Assembly (NCBI GenBank): GCA_946627725.1
Contig: CAMOVW010000001.1
Coordinates: 1-54,085, forward strand
Length of the DNA stretch: 54,085 bases
Reading direction: 5' to 3'
Source of the DNA: an uncultured Clostridia bacterium
GTDB lineage: Bacteria; Bacillota; Clostridia; Oscillospirales; Acutalibacteraceae
Numbering within the stretch: position 1 is the stretch's first letter; every line of letters begins with the position of its first letter. The notes under the pieces were generated by a model, which searched no databases, was not told the origin of the DNA, and was given only the letters and a program-made list of their open reading frames with translations. Both the position numbers and the translations under genes were made by a program. Positions 34,568-43,422 of this stretch are shown one piece after another.

Positions 34568-35065
34568 TCAAAACTTCCTCGGCGGGTCTGCGTATCTCGG
34601 CGTCCCGCAATCTCTGTCAGGCAGATTTACGAAACACGATTCCCCATCCGGCAGTTCCGCATAGTCCATATCGGGTAGCGGGATATACCCGGAAATATCG
34701 TAGCCGTGGAAACCACCGCAGAAAGGGCATCGAATACCGAAGGGCACCGGCTTTCTATCTGGGCAGTTCTTTTCTTCCAGTCCCTTTTCAAGGTACATAA
34801 CCCATCGTGCGCCGCAATCCTGGCAGCCGTAGATCATCGCCCCGTGAATGATGATCTTTCTCTCAAAATGTACAGGCTCTTTTCTCATGGATTCCATGAT
34901 TGCCAGCATCATGTCCTCGCGGCGTGTTTTTGCCAGGGCGGCCCGCGCCGCCTGCTCCGCTTTCTCTTTGGCCTTACGCTTGTTGGCTGTGCATGGCTTC
35001 CGGCAATACTTCGCCCGTCTGCAATCCTTGCAGTTTCCGCTATCCTTCCACGCTTCTTCGCTCAT
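34568..35065 (-). CDS. Cys-rich (zinc-binding-like) protein
   Basis: 165 aa carrying several CxxC pairs. Confidence 0.55.
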   Translation of the reverse strand: MSEEAWKDSGNCKDCRRAKYCRKPCTANKRKAKEKAEQAARAALAKTRREDMMLAIMESMRKEPVHFERKIIIHGAMIYGCQDCGARWVMYLEKGLEEKNCPDRKPVPFGIRCPFCGGFHGYDISGYIPLPDMDYAELPDGESCFVNLPDRDCGTPRYADPPRKF

Positions 35066-35367
35066 ACATACCCCGCTTTCTTCGCCCGTTTCTCCCAGCG
35101 ATTTTGTGCTCTATCATCCCAGCCCTTAATCACGTCTTCCACACAGTCAAGGCAATCATGGATATAGTACGGCGCACCGTCGATAAAGCACTTTTCGCCG
35201 AGCGCCTGATCTCCCGCGTGGATTGTAGCCCCGCAATAATGGCACGTCGTATCTTTCCGAACCTTAACGAGCTTGCTATGATAACACTCCAAATAGTCGT
35301 CCATATCGTCAGTTGGCATCATAAGGTCTTTATATTCGTCCGGCTTATACTTTGCCTGTCTGCTCAT
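35062..35367 (-). CDS. Cys-rich small protein
   Basis: ATG 35367 behind GGAGG. Contains CHYCG…CLDC. Confidence 0.5.
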   Translation of the reverse strand: MSRQAKYKPDEYKDLMMPTDDMDDYLECYHSKLVKVRKDTTCHYCGATIHAGDQALGEKCFIDGAPYYIHDCLDCVEDVIKGWDDRAQNRWEKRAKKAGYV

Positions 35368-35563
35368 TGATAAGCGCCTCCATCCGCTTTTCAAGCTCCC
35401 GGTGTTCCTTACTGGTTTCCCGCGTCTTGCACCTTTGATATTCCTGCCGCCCCTCCCATACTGTCATAACGCTATGCCAAGATAGGGCAACCTTCTTCGC
35501 CGTGCATACGCCCTTGTCGTTGTTGAACGCGCATCCAACATCAGCGCAGTATATCTTTGCCAT
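35345..35563 (-). CDS. DUF1540-like Cys-rich protein
   Basis: The start MAKIYCADVGCAFNNDKGVCTAKKVAL fits the DUF1540 pattern. Confidence 0.5.
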   Translation of the reverse strand: MAKIYCADVGCAFNNDKGVCTAKKVALSWHSVMTVWEGRQEYQRCKTRETSKEHRELEKRMEALINEQTGKV

Positions 35564-35714
35564 CGTCGCCCTCCTTCGCTTTCGCCTCAAAGAATCTTTT
35601 GCACTCTCCGCAGCACATGGCAAAGTACATCCCGTTTTCGCCGTTCTTTTTCAGCGGCGTACCAAACAGAAGTTTGACTTCCCCACAAGACCAGCACTTG
35701 CCTTTTGTCGGCAT
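35541..35714 (-). CDS. 57-aa zinc-ribbon-like protein, absent from the ORF track
   Basis: Hand translation MPTKGKCWSCGEVKLLFGTPLKKNGENGMYFAMCCGECKRFFEAKAKEGDDGKDILR. ATG 35714 abuts the methyltransferase stop. Confidence 0.4.
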   Translation of the reverse strand: MPTKGKCWSCGEVKLLFGTPLKKNGENGMYFAMCCGECKRFFEAKAKEGDDGKDILR

Positions 35715-37292
35715 TTATCCCGCCTCCTTGCAAAGCTCCGGCAGATTGGCCCGGACAAGCGCCGTCGGGATCGGCGGGCACCCCGCGTTTCCGCAGCGCG
35801 CCACCTGTTCGGATTTCGGATAGGGTTTCCCGTCCGCATCCACGTCGATGATGTAATCCTTCGGGAAGCCCTGGGCATTGAAAAGCTCCCTCGGTGTCAG
35901 CATCCGCAGGCCAATATCGACGATCTGGTAATCCTGCCCGCGCACGGTCACAAGGCCCATTCTGTCCTTTGCTGTCACCGTCGGGGCCGGTTTGTCGCAT
36001 GGCACAGCGTTATCGCCGTTTCCGTAATACTTTACCAGGAAAGCGCATACCTCGCCGAAGTGGTTTGTCTGCGCCGTCATGGTGTTCAGCGGCTTCGTCA
36101 CTTCCTGCCCGACGCTGTAATGGTTGAATTGCGTCACGGCCACGGCGCACACCGCGTTATGGTCGATGGCCGTCACCGTCGGCAGGGGCTTGTTCACACC
36201 AGCGGCCACGTTATCCCCGCCGTAATATTTGCTTATGAAGGTTGATACCAGCCCGTAGCGGTTGCTGGCGTCCACCGTCATAAGCGGATCGTCTACTTCC
36301 TGGCCGCGCACATCGCCGCCCTGCTCGTCGTGGTATTGGATCAGGTTCGGCGCTATTCTATCTTCTCCGTCCACGCTCACGATGAACGGGTGCGGGTTCT
36401 CAATGACAAACTTCTGGATGCCGCGCGCAATCCTGCGCATGGTCGCGTCTGCAAGCGGCCTCACGGCCCGGATGCCGTACTGCTCGTAGATTTCCTCGCT
36501 CGTCGCAAAGATGGACGGGCAGGGCAGAGAAAAGTCCAACACGTCCGCAACCGGCTTCCAGGGTTTCTTCATCCCTGCCGCCACTTCCAGGCTGTCCGGG
36601 TCGCCATGTGTCGCTTTCGGCCAGATAATCGGCTTTCCGTCGCACCTGGCAATCAGAAAAAAGCGCTTTCGGATCGTCGGCGCGCCGTAATCACAGGCCC
36701 GCAGCTCCCGATGTTCGACGTGATAGCCCAGCCCCATAGCCAGCTTCATAGCCTGCTGTGCGTCCGGCTTCAAGAAATCGCACGCCTCATGAAAGGCCGG
36801 GTGATCCAATGCGATGCCGGTTGTCAGCATGGAGACAAAGCCCTTGAAGGTTTCCCCGGCACGCGCCGGGTCTGGCACGGTCTTTCCGTCCTTTCGTTTC
36901 ATCAGCGGCCCCCAGGTCTGTATTTCCTCCACGTTCTCCATCATAATCACGCGGGGCCGCACCGTCATAGCCCAGCGCAGGATCACCCAGGAAAGGCCCC
37001 GGATATGCTTGCTGACGGGTTTTCCTCCCTTCGCCTTGGAAAAGTGCTTGCAATCCGGCGAAAACCATGCCAGCCCAACGGGATGCCCTTCGCAGGCTTC
37101 CACGGGATCGACCATCCAAATATCTTCCGTGTAGTGCTTGCTCGTCGGATGATTGGCCCGGTGCATGGCGATGGCGGCAGGATCGTGATTGATCGCCACG
37201 TCCACGCTCCGGCCTATGGCTATCTCAATTCCGGTGCTCGCGCCTCCGCCTCCAGCAAAATTGTCCACAACGATTTCTCCCGTGCTGTTCAT
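35715..37292 (-). CDS. DNA (cytosine-5) methyltransferase
   Basis: VDNFAGGGG (motif I), SPDCKHFS (IV), MENVEEI (VI), RKRFFLIA (VIII) and CGNAGCPPI (X). A long variable region lies between VIII and IX. Confidence 0.9.
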   Translation of the reverse strand: MNSTGEIVVDNFAGGGGASTGIEIAIGRSVDVAINHDPAAIAMHRANHPTSKHYTEDIWMVDPVEACEGHPVGLAWFSPDCKHFSKAKGGKPVSKHIRGLSWVILRWAMTVRPRVIMMENVEEIQTWGPLMKRKDGKTVPDPARAGETFKGFVSMLTTGIALDHPAFHEACDFLKPDAQQAMKLAMGLGYHVEHRELRACDYGAPTIRKRFFLIARCDGKPIIWPKATHGDPDSLEVAAGMKKPWKPVADVLDFSLPCPSIFATSEEIYEQYGIRAVRPLADATMRRIARGIQKFVIENPHPFIVSVDGEDRIAPNLIQYHDEQGGDVRGQEVDDPLMTVDASNRYGLVSTFISKYYGGDNVAAGVNKPLPTVTAIDHNAVCAVAVTQFNHYSVGQEVTKPLNTMTAQTNHFGEVCAFLVKYYGNGDNAVPCDKPAPTVTAKDRMGLVTVRGQDYQIVDIGLRMLTPRELFNAQGFPKDYIIDVDADGKPYPKSEQVARCGNAGCPPIPTALVRANLPELCKEAG

Positions 37293-37729
37293 GCTTCCAT
37301 CCTTCCTGTCGCTTTCAGCAGCTTCTTTCCGATGCTGTGTGCCACGCCTCCGATATTGTTAAGGCTCGTCCGCCCGTCCTGCCATTTTTCCTTGAAAGCC
37401 TCGGCCTTTGCCGGATCGTCGATGGCCTCCAGGGCGGCGTTGTATCTCGCCCTGTCCTCAAAGTGCCCCAGCATGAAGGACGCCAGCGCGTCGCCGACCT
37501 CTTTCTTTCTGGCCGCCATGCCCTCCGTCGGCGTCCTGCCGAACTCCTCTTGATACCACTCGTCGAAGCCGCCAAACATGAAGATCGGCACCCTGTCCGC
37601 CTCGGCCTCGTCCTTCGTTTCCGCTCCGAAAGAAAGGCTCAAATTCCCAATGACCAGTGCGGCAACCTCTTTGTCTGCCGCAACAAATGTATATGGATCG
37701 CTCGGATTGATAAGCTCATACTCCGTCAT
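37289..37729 (-). CDS. hypothetical protein
   Basis: ATG 37729 overlaps the upstream stop as ATGA. The ORF-track entry 37289..37987 is an upstream extension. Confidence 0.55.
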   Translation of the reverse strand: MTEYELINPSDPYTFVAADKEVAALVIGNLSLSFGAETKDEAEADRVPIFMFGGFDEWYQEEFGRTPTEGMAARKKEVGDALASFMLGHFEDRARYNAALEAIDDPAKAEAFKEKWQDGRTSLNNIGGVAHSIGKKLLKATGRMEA

Positions 37730-37938
37730 AACGCCTTTTTCTCCTTCATCAAATCGAATAGTGTCAACTGGCCTTTTGCGGGCTTTTCCCGCTGCCGCGT
37801 CGGCTCCTGCCGGAATGGGTACAGGTTGCATCCCTTGATCCTGCAATTCTGTACCTCCTTCCGGCTGCCTCCGCTGCACTCCAGGCAATGCCGGTGTATG
37901 GCAACCAGCAATTCGTCGGGTGTTGGCTTTGTGCTCAT
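37726..37938 (-). CDS. small zinc-finger-like protein
   Basis: HRHCLECSGG…CRIKGC. Confidence 0.55.
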   Translation of the reverse strand: MSTKPTPDELLVAIHRHCLECSGGSRKEVQNCRIKGCNLYPFRQEPTRQREKPAKGQLTLFDLMKEKKAL

Positions 37939-38219
37939 AGGTCATATTCACCCTTTTGCAGATACTCGATTTCCCGCAAAAGGTCATTGACCATTACCTG
38001 ATAGACGCGCTCCCTGGTGTGCTGTTTGCCCCATAGGGGCCGGTTTTTCCCGTTGCGCTTCTCCCATGTCTTGACGCATTTCGGACAGTAGAAAGCATCC
38101 CCGAAGCTGTCCCATCCCGCATTGACAATCTCCTCCGCCGGTTCCGTCCGACTGAACCTGTCATACTTGAATTTCCTGCTTCTGTGTCCGCAGCAGGAGC
38201 ACATGATCTGCAAATACAT
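37935..38219 (-). CDS. small zinc-finger-like protein
   Basis: CSCCGH…YCPKC. Confidence 0.55.
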   Translation of the reverse strand: MYLQIMCSCCGHRSRKFKYDRFSRTEPAEEIVNAGWDSFGDAFYCPKCVKTWEKRNGKNRPLWGKQHTRERVYQVMVNDLLREIEYLQKGEYDL

Positions 38220-38235
38220 AGTGGTGTCGGCCTCC

Positions 38236-38760
38236 TTATTTCTCTATCTTCTGCACTCGTTCAAACGGTTCATCAAGCAGCAGTTCAAGCCCGGTCTTTG
38301 CCAGCACTTCGTCGCACAGCTCCGAATGATTGAGCGCCCAAATGATCTTCTCGTCCACGGCCTTGATGGCCCGGAAAGCCCGGTTTTCTCCGAAGCCAAA
38401 TTCATCATGCAGCGCAAGGATGATCCCCGCGTAACAGCACTTGATGATCGGCTCCGCTGCCTGCCGGAAGCCCTCTTGGCGGCCTTCCTCGCGGGCGTTG
38501 TCCAAATCCTGTGCGGTGATCCCGTTGTGCTCAATGATCTTGCGCACCTGTTCGCGCACTTCCATCTTCCGGCGAAATTTCTCCTGGTTCGCCGCCATCA
38601 TGCCCGAAAAGCCCGCGCGGCCCTCTTGAATATCCTTCAATTCCCGCTCGATGCGTTTTAGCTCGTCCTTGCTCATTTCCACCTGGGGCTGCAAGGTTTT
38701 CAGTTGCTCGCTCGCGGCGTGTGCACGCATCTGTCTGCGGCGTTCTGCTCTGTTTGCCAT
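38236..38760 (-). CDS. hypothetical protein
   Basis: ATG 38760 behind GGAGGCCAACACCACAC. Confidence 0.55.
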   Translation of the reverse strand: MANRAERRRQMRAHAASEQLKTLQPQVEMSKDELKRIERELKDIQEGRAGFSGMMAANQEKFRRKMEVREQVRKIIEHNGITAQDLDNAREEGRQEGFRQAAEPIIKCCYAGIILALHDEFGFGENRAFRAIKAVDEKIIWALNHSELCDEVLAKTGLELLLDEPFERVQKIEK

Positions 38761-38779
38761 GTGTGGTGTTGGCCTCCTT

Positions 38780-39547
38780 TCACTTCCACGGAAATTCCTG
38801 CCGGAAATCTTCACCCATCAACGCCCGCAGGCTCTCTTTCATGAAAATGGGCTTCTTGCGCTTGTCGCACTCCTCGGCCAGCTCCATGATCCAGCCTTTT
38901 TCCGGGATAACCTTGTCTTTCCTGTTGCCCGTTTCCGCGCCCACGATTACCCAATCCGTCAGGGCTACGCTCCCGTGTGCGCTGCTTTTGCCAAACCGTT
39001 CAAGGATCGGCTCAATGGACAAGAAGGTGTGATAATACCGTCCCTCCTGTGACGGCCTGCTCCAAAATGCCGGATCGTCGGCCCTCGGTGTCGATGTGCC
39101 GTACCAGAAATTATCCTCGGCAACCAGGATGTTTTTCAGCGCGGCGCGCGGGTATCTCTTTGGGTTCTTGGTCAGGAACATGTAGCGGTGCTGCGGAGCC
39201 GCAAGGCAGGCCGTGAAAATCTGGTCGATCCATTCATCCGGCACCCACTCGCCGAACATATCCGCCATGCTGCACACGAAAATGGTCTGCGGCTTCTTCC
39301 AGTCCTGCGGGATTTTCAGCCTGTACTTGTGATACGTCGGGTCGAACCTGTACGGATAGGGGTTGATCGTCCCATCCTCCCGCCGAATCGGCGCGTCCAG
39401 AATATACAGGTGGTCGTGCCCGGTGATGATCTTCCCGCCGAACCTCCGCGCCATGCCCGCCGCGTAGCAGTAGGGACATCCATGCAGGCAGCCCGTAATC
39501 GGATTCCAGGAGCTATCACACCAGTCAATCTTTGTTTTCCTGCCCAT
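38780..39547 (-). CDS. phage Gp37/Gp68 family protein (DUF5131)
   Basis: KIDWCDSSWNPITGCLHGCPYCYA is the family signature. Confidence 0.85.
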   Translation of the reverse strand: MGRKTKIDWCDSSWNPITGCLHGCPYCYAAGMARRFGGKIITGHDHLYILDAPIRREDGTINPYPYRFDPTYHKYRLKIPQDWKKPQTIFVCSMADMFGEWVPDEWIDQIFTACLAAPQHRYMFLTKNPKRYPRAALKNILVAEDNFWYGTSTPRADDPAFWSRPSQEGRYYHTFLSIEPILERFGKSSAHGSVALTDWVIVGAETGNRKDKVIPEKGWIMELAEECDKRKKPIFMKESLRALMGEDFRQEFPWK

Positions 39548-39549
39548 AC

Positions 39550-40047
39550 TCAATCCCTCACATTATGGATCGTCACTTTGATGTGCCGACCTAAAAAGTC
39601 AAGTCCACGTCGTGTCAGGTAATAATACGGCATTTTCCCGGACGCTTCCGGTTCCAGCTTTTCCGCAAGCCCTAACACCCCGCTAAAATAGTCCAGATAC
39701 TTGTTGAAGCCCGCCCAATAGTTGCGATACGGCTTGTAAAACAATTTTCCGTGACGCCTGTATGGCTTATGCTTGAACATGTCCAAACCGATCATGTGGC
39801 GCATGTCGTCCAAGGCTTTTTCCAGCTTCCAGCCTTTGTTATCAAAATCCATCTGGATTCCCATATCGTCGCCCATGTCGCCGAGATAATCCGAGTATTC
39901 TTCGTCCATTTTTTCAAGCTGCCGACGGGTGAGAGTGCATCCATCTTCTCCGTCTTTCCACGTCGTTTCTTTCCCTGTCCCTGGACAATCCGGGTAATCT
40001 CCTGCTTCGCTCTGTGGAGGATTCCACGGACACTTGCTGCATTTCAT
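39550..40047 (-). CDS. hypothetical protein
   Basis: ATG 40047 behind GGAGGCCAACACC. Confidence 0.55.
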   Translation of the reverse strand: MKCSKCPWNPPQSEAGDYPDCPGTGKETTWKDGEDGCTLTRRQLEKMDEEYSDYLGDMGDDMGIQMDFDNKGWKLEKALDDMRHMIGLDMFKHKPYRRHGKLFYKPYRNYWAGFNKYLDYFSGVLGLAEKLEPEASGKMPYYYLTRRGLDFLGRHIKVTIHNVRD

Positions 40048-40063
40048 GGTGTTGGCCTCCTTG

Positions 40064-40474
40064 TCAGTTTTCTTGTCTGGTGTTGTCCCGAACGTCATGC
40101 TCTGCCGCCCGTCTGATCTCCGGCTTTAATACCTTTTCAAAGATCAACGGGCACTCAAAGCACCGTTCCTTGTCGCAATTCTCCTCGTAGTCCTCCTCCG
40201 AGCACTTTCCTTCGTGGTACAGGTCGTTGCACAGGTCGGAAAGCCACTCCCAAACTTCATCAAGGCTGTACTCGTCGCCGTCGTACCAATCGGAGGCCAG
40301 ATAGGCTTCCAGCAGCGCGTCGCAATGGATGTGCTGATGAAAGGTGTTTATCTCCCCGTCGTACTTCTGGCTTACAAAGACATATTCGCGGCCTTTGAGG
40401 ATCGGCTTTCCGCACACGTCGCACTTGTGGTCTTTCCGTGCCTTTCGCTGCTCCGTTCTGGAAAATTCAAGCAT
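40064..40474 (-). CDS. Cys/His-rich hypothetical protein
   Basis: ATG 40474 behind GGAGGCCAGCACC. Confidence 0.55.
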   Translation of the reverse strand: MLEFSRTEQRKARKDHKCDVCGKPILKGREYVFVSQKYDGEINTFHQHIHCDALLEAYLASDWYDGDEYSLDEVWEWLSDLCNDLYHEGKCSEEDYEENCDKERCFECPLIFEKVLKPEIRRAAEHDVRDNTRQEN

Positions 40475-40754
40475 GGTGCTGGCCTCCATCTTCGGTTTTC
40501 AGCGGGCGAAGGAACAGATAGCGGACGCGGTTCCGCAACCTCATGGTTGATATTCTGTTTTCCAGTTCTGCCCTATTACGCATGAAGTATGTCAAGCGCT
40601 GCGCGCACGTCCGGCAAAGGGTGAGGCTTTGAATGTCGTTCATGTCGTCGCACGTTCGGCGCTCAACAATTCTGTATTCTCGTCCTCCGAAAAAGTCCTT
40701 AAGGTCAAATCCCTTAACGTCTACTCCGCAGATGTCGCAGTATTCCTTCGTCAT
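40467..40754 (-). CDS. small Cys-rich protein
   Basis: ATG 40754 behind GGAGGCCAGCACC. Contains CDICG…CRTC. Confidence 0.5.
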   Translation of the reverse strand: MTKEYCDICGVDVKGFDLKDFFGGREYRIVERRTCDDMNDIQSLTLCRTCAQRLTYFMRNRAELENRISTMRLRNRVRYLFLRPLKTEDGGQHHA

Positions 40755-40772
40755 GGTGCTGGCCTCCTCTCG

Positions 40773-41171
40773 TCAGAACGGCAGTTCTTCGTCGTCCACG
40801 GGTACAAATCCATCGTCCGGCGGCGGCGCTTCCTGGTCGCCCTCGTCCTCGGCCCTGCTGCTCAAATACTCGATCTCCTTCACCTGGCGAATCTCCATGC
40901 TCGCCCTCGGCTGGCCGTCGTTTCCCATGTAGGGGCGGCCCTCCACAGGGCCGGTCACGGCCACCTTGCGGCCCTTCGTCAGGTATTTCATGGCGTTGTC
41001 TGCCGCCCGTTCCCAAAGCGTCACCCGGAAATACTCGGCCACCTTCTTGCCTTTCACATAGCGGTTTGTCGCCACGGTGAAGTCGCAGACGGTGGATGTG
41101 CCGTTGGCCGTGTTCACCACCCGGCTTTTCGGGTTTGCCGTCAGGTTTCCGATGATGTGTAATGTGTTCAT
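40773..41171 (-). CDS. ssb: single-stranded DNA-binding protein
   Basis: OB-fold start MNTLHIIGNLTANP and an acidic tip DDEELPF. Confidence 0.9.
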   Translation of the reverse strand: MNTLHIIGNLTANPKSRVVNTANGTSTVCDFTVATNRYVKGKKVAEYFRVTLWERAADNAMKYLTKGRKVAVTGPVEGRPYMGNDGQPRASMEIRQVKEIEYLSSRAEDEGDQEAPPPDDGFVPVDDEELPF

Positions 41172-41635
41172 AGCTCGTCCTCCGTGTCCGGCAGATACAT
41201 CGTCTGCCCGTCCTCAATGGCTGAAAAGCCCATTTTACCGCTGCCCAGGTTTGCCATATACGGCCCTTGCAGGATCGTATCAAGGCTCAATTCGTGCGAA
41301 TCGCCGTCCCCGCGCAGCCTGTAAGCGTTTGCCGCAATGTATTCCTTGGCCTTTTGAACCTCCGGCGGGTCTGGAAACAGGCTTGTGCCGCTGAACGTAG
41401 ATTGATAGTACATAGCCTTGACCTTCTCCCTGATCTCCGCAACCGTGGGAAGCCACTTGCTTGTCGTCAGCAGTTGCATAAAGGCCAGCATGACAATATC
41501 CGCCGGGATGTCTTGCAGGGCGAAGGCCCAGCTTTGCACCAGCATGATCTTCTCCTGCTTCGTCATGGTCTTAAAGGCGTAGCTGTAATTGGCCTTTGCC
41601 AATGCCAGCAGCTTGTTCGCGTCGTCTGCCGTCAT
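41168..41635 (-). CDS. helicase-loader-like protein (G39P type)
   Basis: The N-terminal pattern LLALAKANYSYAFKTMTKQEKIMLVQSWAFALQDIP…PTVAEI resembles G39P-family loaders. Lies next to the initiator. Confidence 0.5.
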   Translation of the reverse strand: MTADDANKLLALAKANYSYAFKTMTKQEKIMLVQSWAFALQDIPADIVMLAFMQLLTTSKWLPTVAEIREKVKAMYYQSTFSGTSLFPDPPEVQKAKEYIAANAYRLRGDGDSHELSLDTILQGPYMANLGSGKMGFSAIEDGQTMYLPDTEDEL

Positions 41636-41641
41636 GCCGCG

Positions 41642-42373
41642 TCACCCCCTGTCGTCCCAGGGGAGCGGTACAAGCCCCTCCGCGCCAGTGAAGTCGCTGT
41701 CCAGATCGACAAGCCCGAAGCCTCCGCGCTGTCGTTGCCGCATTTGATCGACGATGGCCGCCGCCCGCGCGCGCCCGCGCAGCGGTTCCCCTGCATTTTC
41801 CCTTGTTTCTGCTCCTGCTTTTACCGTCCCCTGGTTTATATTTATATTAAATACATCAGGGTTAGAGGAAGAAGATAAGGGATCGCCTACACAATCAGGT
41901 GCATTTTTGCCCCTGGTCGGCGGTAGATCGGGAACAGTACCGGGTGCGGTATCGCCTACACAATCGGGTACACAATCACCTACACTATCGCCTACACAAT
42001 CGGGTGCAATTCTGTCCCCGTTTCCCTGCGTATCAGGTACAATTTTGTACCCGATGTAACGTAGATAAAAAATGCGGTACTCTGGATCGCTCTTGCGGCC
42101 ATCACCTTTCTTAAAGTCCACCAGGCCGATTTGCTTAAACCGGTTTCTGATTGTCCGTATATTTCTTTCTTCCAAACCAGACCATGCCGCTATTTCCGAA
42201 TTTGACACCGGGAAAAAGTCGTCGGGCCACTCATGGTTCGGGCTTCTCTGTGCCCATGTGTTCGCAACATGGAACAACCCCAGCCAGAACATCCTTTCGT
42301 AGCTTGTCAGACCGTTTCTTCTGCCAAATTCCATGAACAGGTTGATTTGTTGAACGAAATTAACTTGGCTCAT
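41642..42373 (-). CDS. replication initiator / replisome organiser-like protein
   Basis: Winged-helix-like N-terminus. The central region is encoded by the iterons (APDCVGD repeats). Confidence 0.6.
   Translation of the reverse strand: MSQVNFVQQINLFMEFGRRNGLTSYERMFWLGLFHVANTWAQRSPNHEWPDDFFPVSNSEIAAWSGLEERNIRTIRNRFKQIGLVDFKKGDGRKSDPEYRIFYLRYIGYKIVPDTQGNGDRIAPDCVGDSVGDCVPDCVGDTAPGTVPDLPPTRGKNAPDCVGDPLSSSSNPDVFNININQGTVKAGAETRENAGEPLRGRARAAAIVDQMRQRQRGGFGLVDLDSDFTGAEGLVPLPWDDRG
41835..42008. other. candidate origin: AT-rich tract plus three 21-nt iterons inside the initiator gene
   Basis: tttatatttatattaaatacatc at about 41836-41858. TCGCCTACACAATC(A/G)GGT(G/A)CA at 41883-41903, 41952-41972 and 41988-42008, with a partial copy at 41973-41987. 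Confidence 0.55.
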
Positions 42374-42397
42374 GGTGTTGGCTCCTTCACGCGCGGG

Positions 42398-42811
42398 TTA
42401 TGTTCTCCCGGTACTTCCGAAACCGGCGTCCCCGCGTTCTCCGCCGTCGATCTCGTCCACGATTTCCACCGGCTCGTACAGCACGGGCAGGATTACAAGC
42501 TGGCTGATCTTATCGCCCTTCCTGATCGTGTAGTCGCGCCCGCCGTGGTTGTACAGTTTCACGGTGATTTCGCCGCTGTACCCCTCGTCAATCAGGCCGG
42601 TGCTGGTGATCCCGTGCTTGACGTTCAGCCCGCTTTTGCTCACCAGGAGGCCCGCGCAGCCGTGCGGAAGCTGGACGTGGACGCCCGTCTTGAAGGTGGC
42701 GTCGCCCTTCGCTTCGATGATCCGATCCTCCAGCGCGTACAGGTCAAGCCCCGCGTCGATGTCGTGGGCGCGCGTCGGCTGGATCGCGCCTGGGTCAAGT
42801 TTGATTTTCAT
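42398..42811 (-). CDS. dut: dUTP diphosphatase
   Basis: GLIDEGYSGEI and RGDAGFGSTG motifs. Confidence 0.9.
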   Translation of the reverse strand: MKIKLDPGAIQPTRAHDIDAGLDLYALEDRIIEAKGDATFKTGVHVQLPHGCAGLLVSKSGLNVKHGITSTGLIDEGYSGEITVKLYNHGGRDYTIRKGDKISQLVILPVLYEPVEIVDEIDGGERGDAGFGSTGRT

Positions 42812-42858
42812 ACTTTCTTGCTCCTTTCAGCAGATGGAGATATACTGCACTCACGCGG

Positions 42859-43422
42859 TTAATCCAACGGGCGGGCAGGCGCTTCTTCACCATCCACACC
42901 CGAAGATTGTTCAGCCAGTTCAGCACGTTTTCTCGCCTCCTTCACCACGTCGCGGACGGTCAGCGCATCGCTCCACATCCCGATCTGCTGCAAGGCGACG
43001 TTGTACTCATGCTTCGGGACTTCCCGCAGGCCGGAAACGCCATACCGGGACAGTACAGCCTTGCGGATCGCGTTTCCCAGCTTCACCGTCGCCTTGCTGT
43101 CGTCCACGTCCCGCTTGTCCAGCAGATCGCGGGCGCGGGCGCGGATGGCGTCGTTGAGGTAGGAAACCTGTTTCCCGGAAACCGGCGTTTGAAGCCGGAT
43201 TTGCTTTTCCAGCGCTTCCAGCCGGTCATTCTGGACGGATTGCGCGGCGGAAAGCTGTTCCAGGGCCGCCGTGTTGTTTTCCAGCATCTTGCCGATGGTC
43301 TGCATGACGGGGCGCAACAGTTCTGTAATGACTTCACCGAGGGTTTCCACGGGCACCAGCGCCGTGCTGTGTTCAAGACCGCCGACCTTATCCGATTCGA
43401 CGTGAATCATTTCTTTACTCAC
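42859..43422 (-). CDS. ORF6C-domain-like phage protein
   Basis: 187 aa, helical. The family call is tentative. Confidence 0.45.
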   Translation of the reverse strand: MSKEMIHVESDKVGGLEHSTALVPVETLGEVITELLRPVMQTIGKMLENNTAALEQLSAAQSVQNDRLEALEKQIRLQTPVSGKQVSYLNDAIRARARDLLDKRDVDDSKATVKLGNAIRKAVLSRYGVSGLREVPKHEYNVALQQIGMWSDALTVRDVVKEARKRAELAEQSSGVDGEEAPARPLD

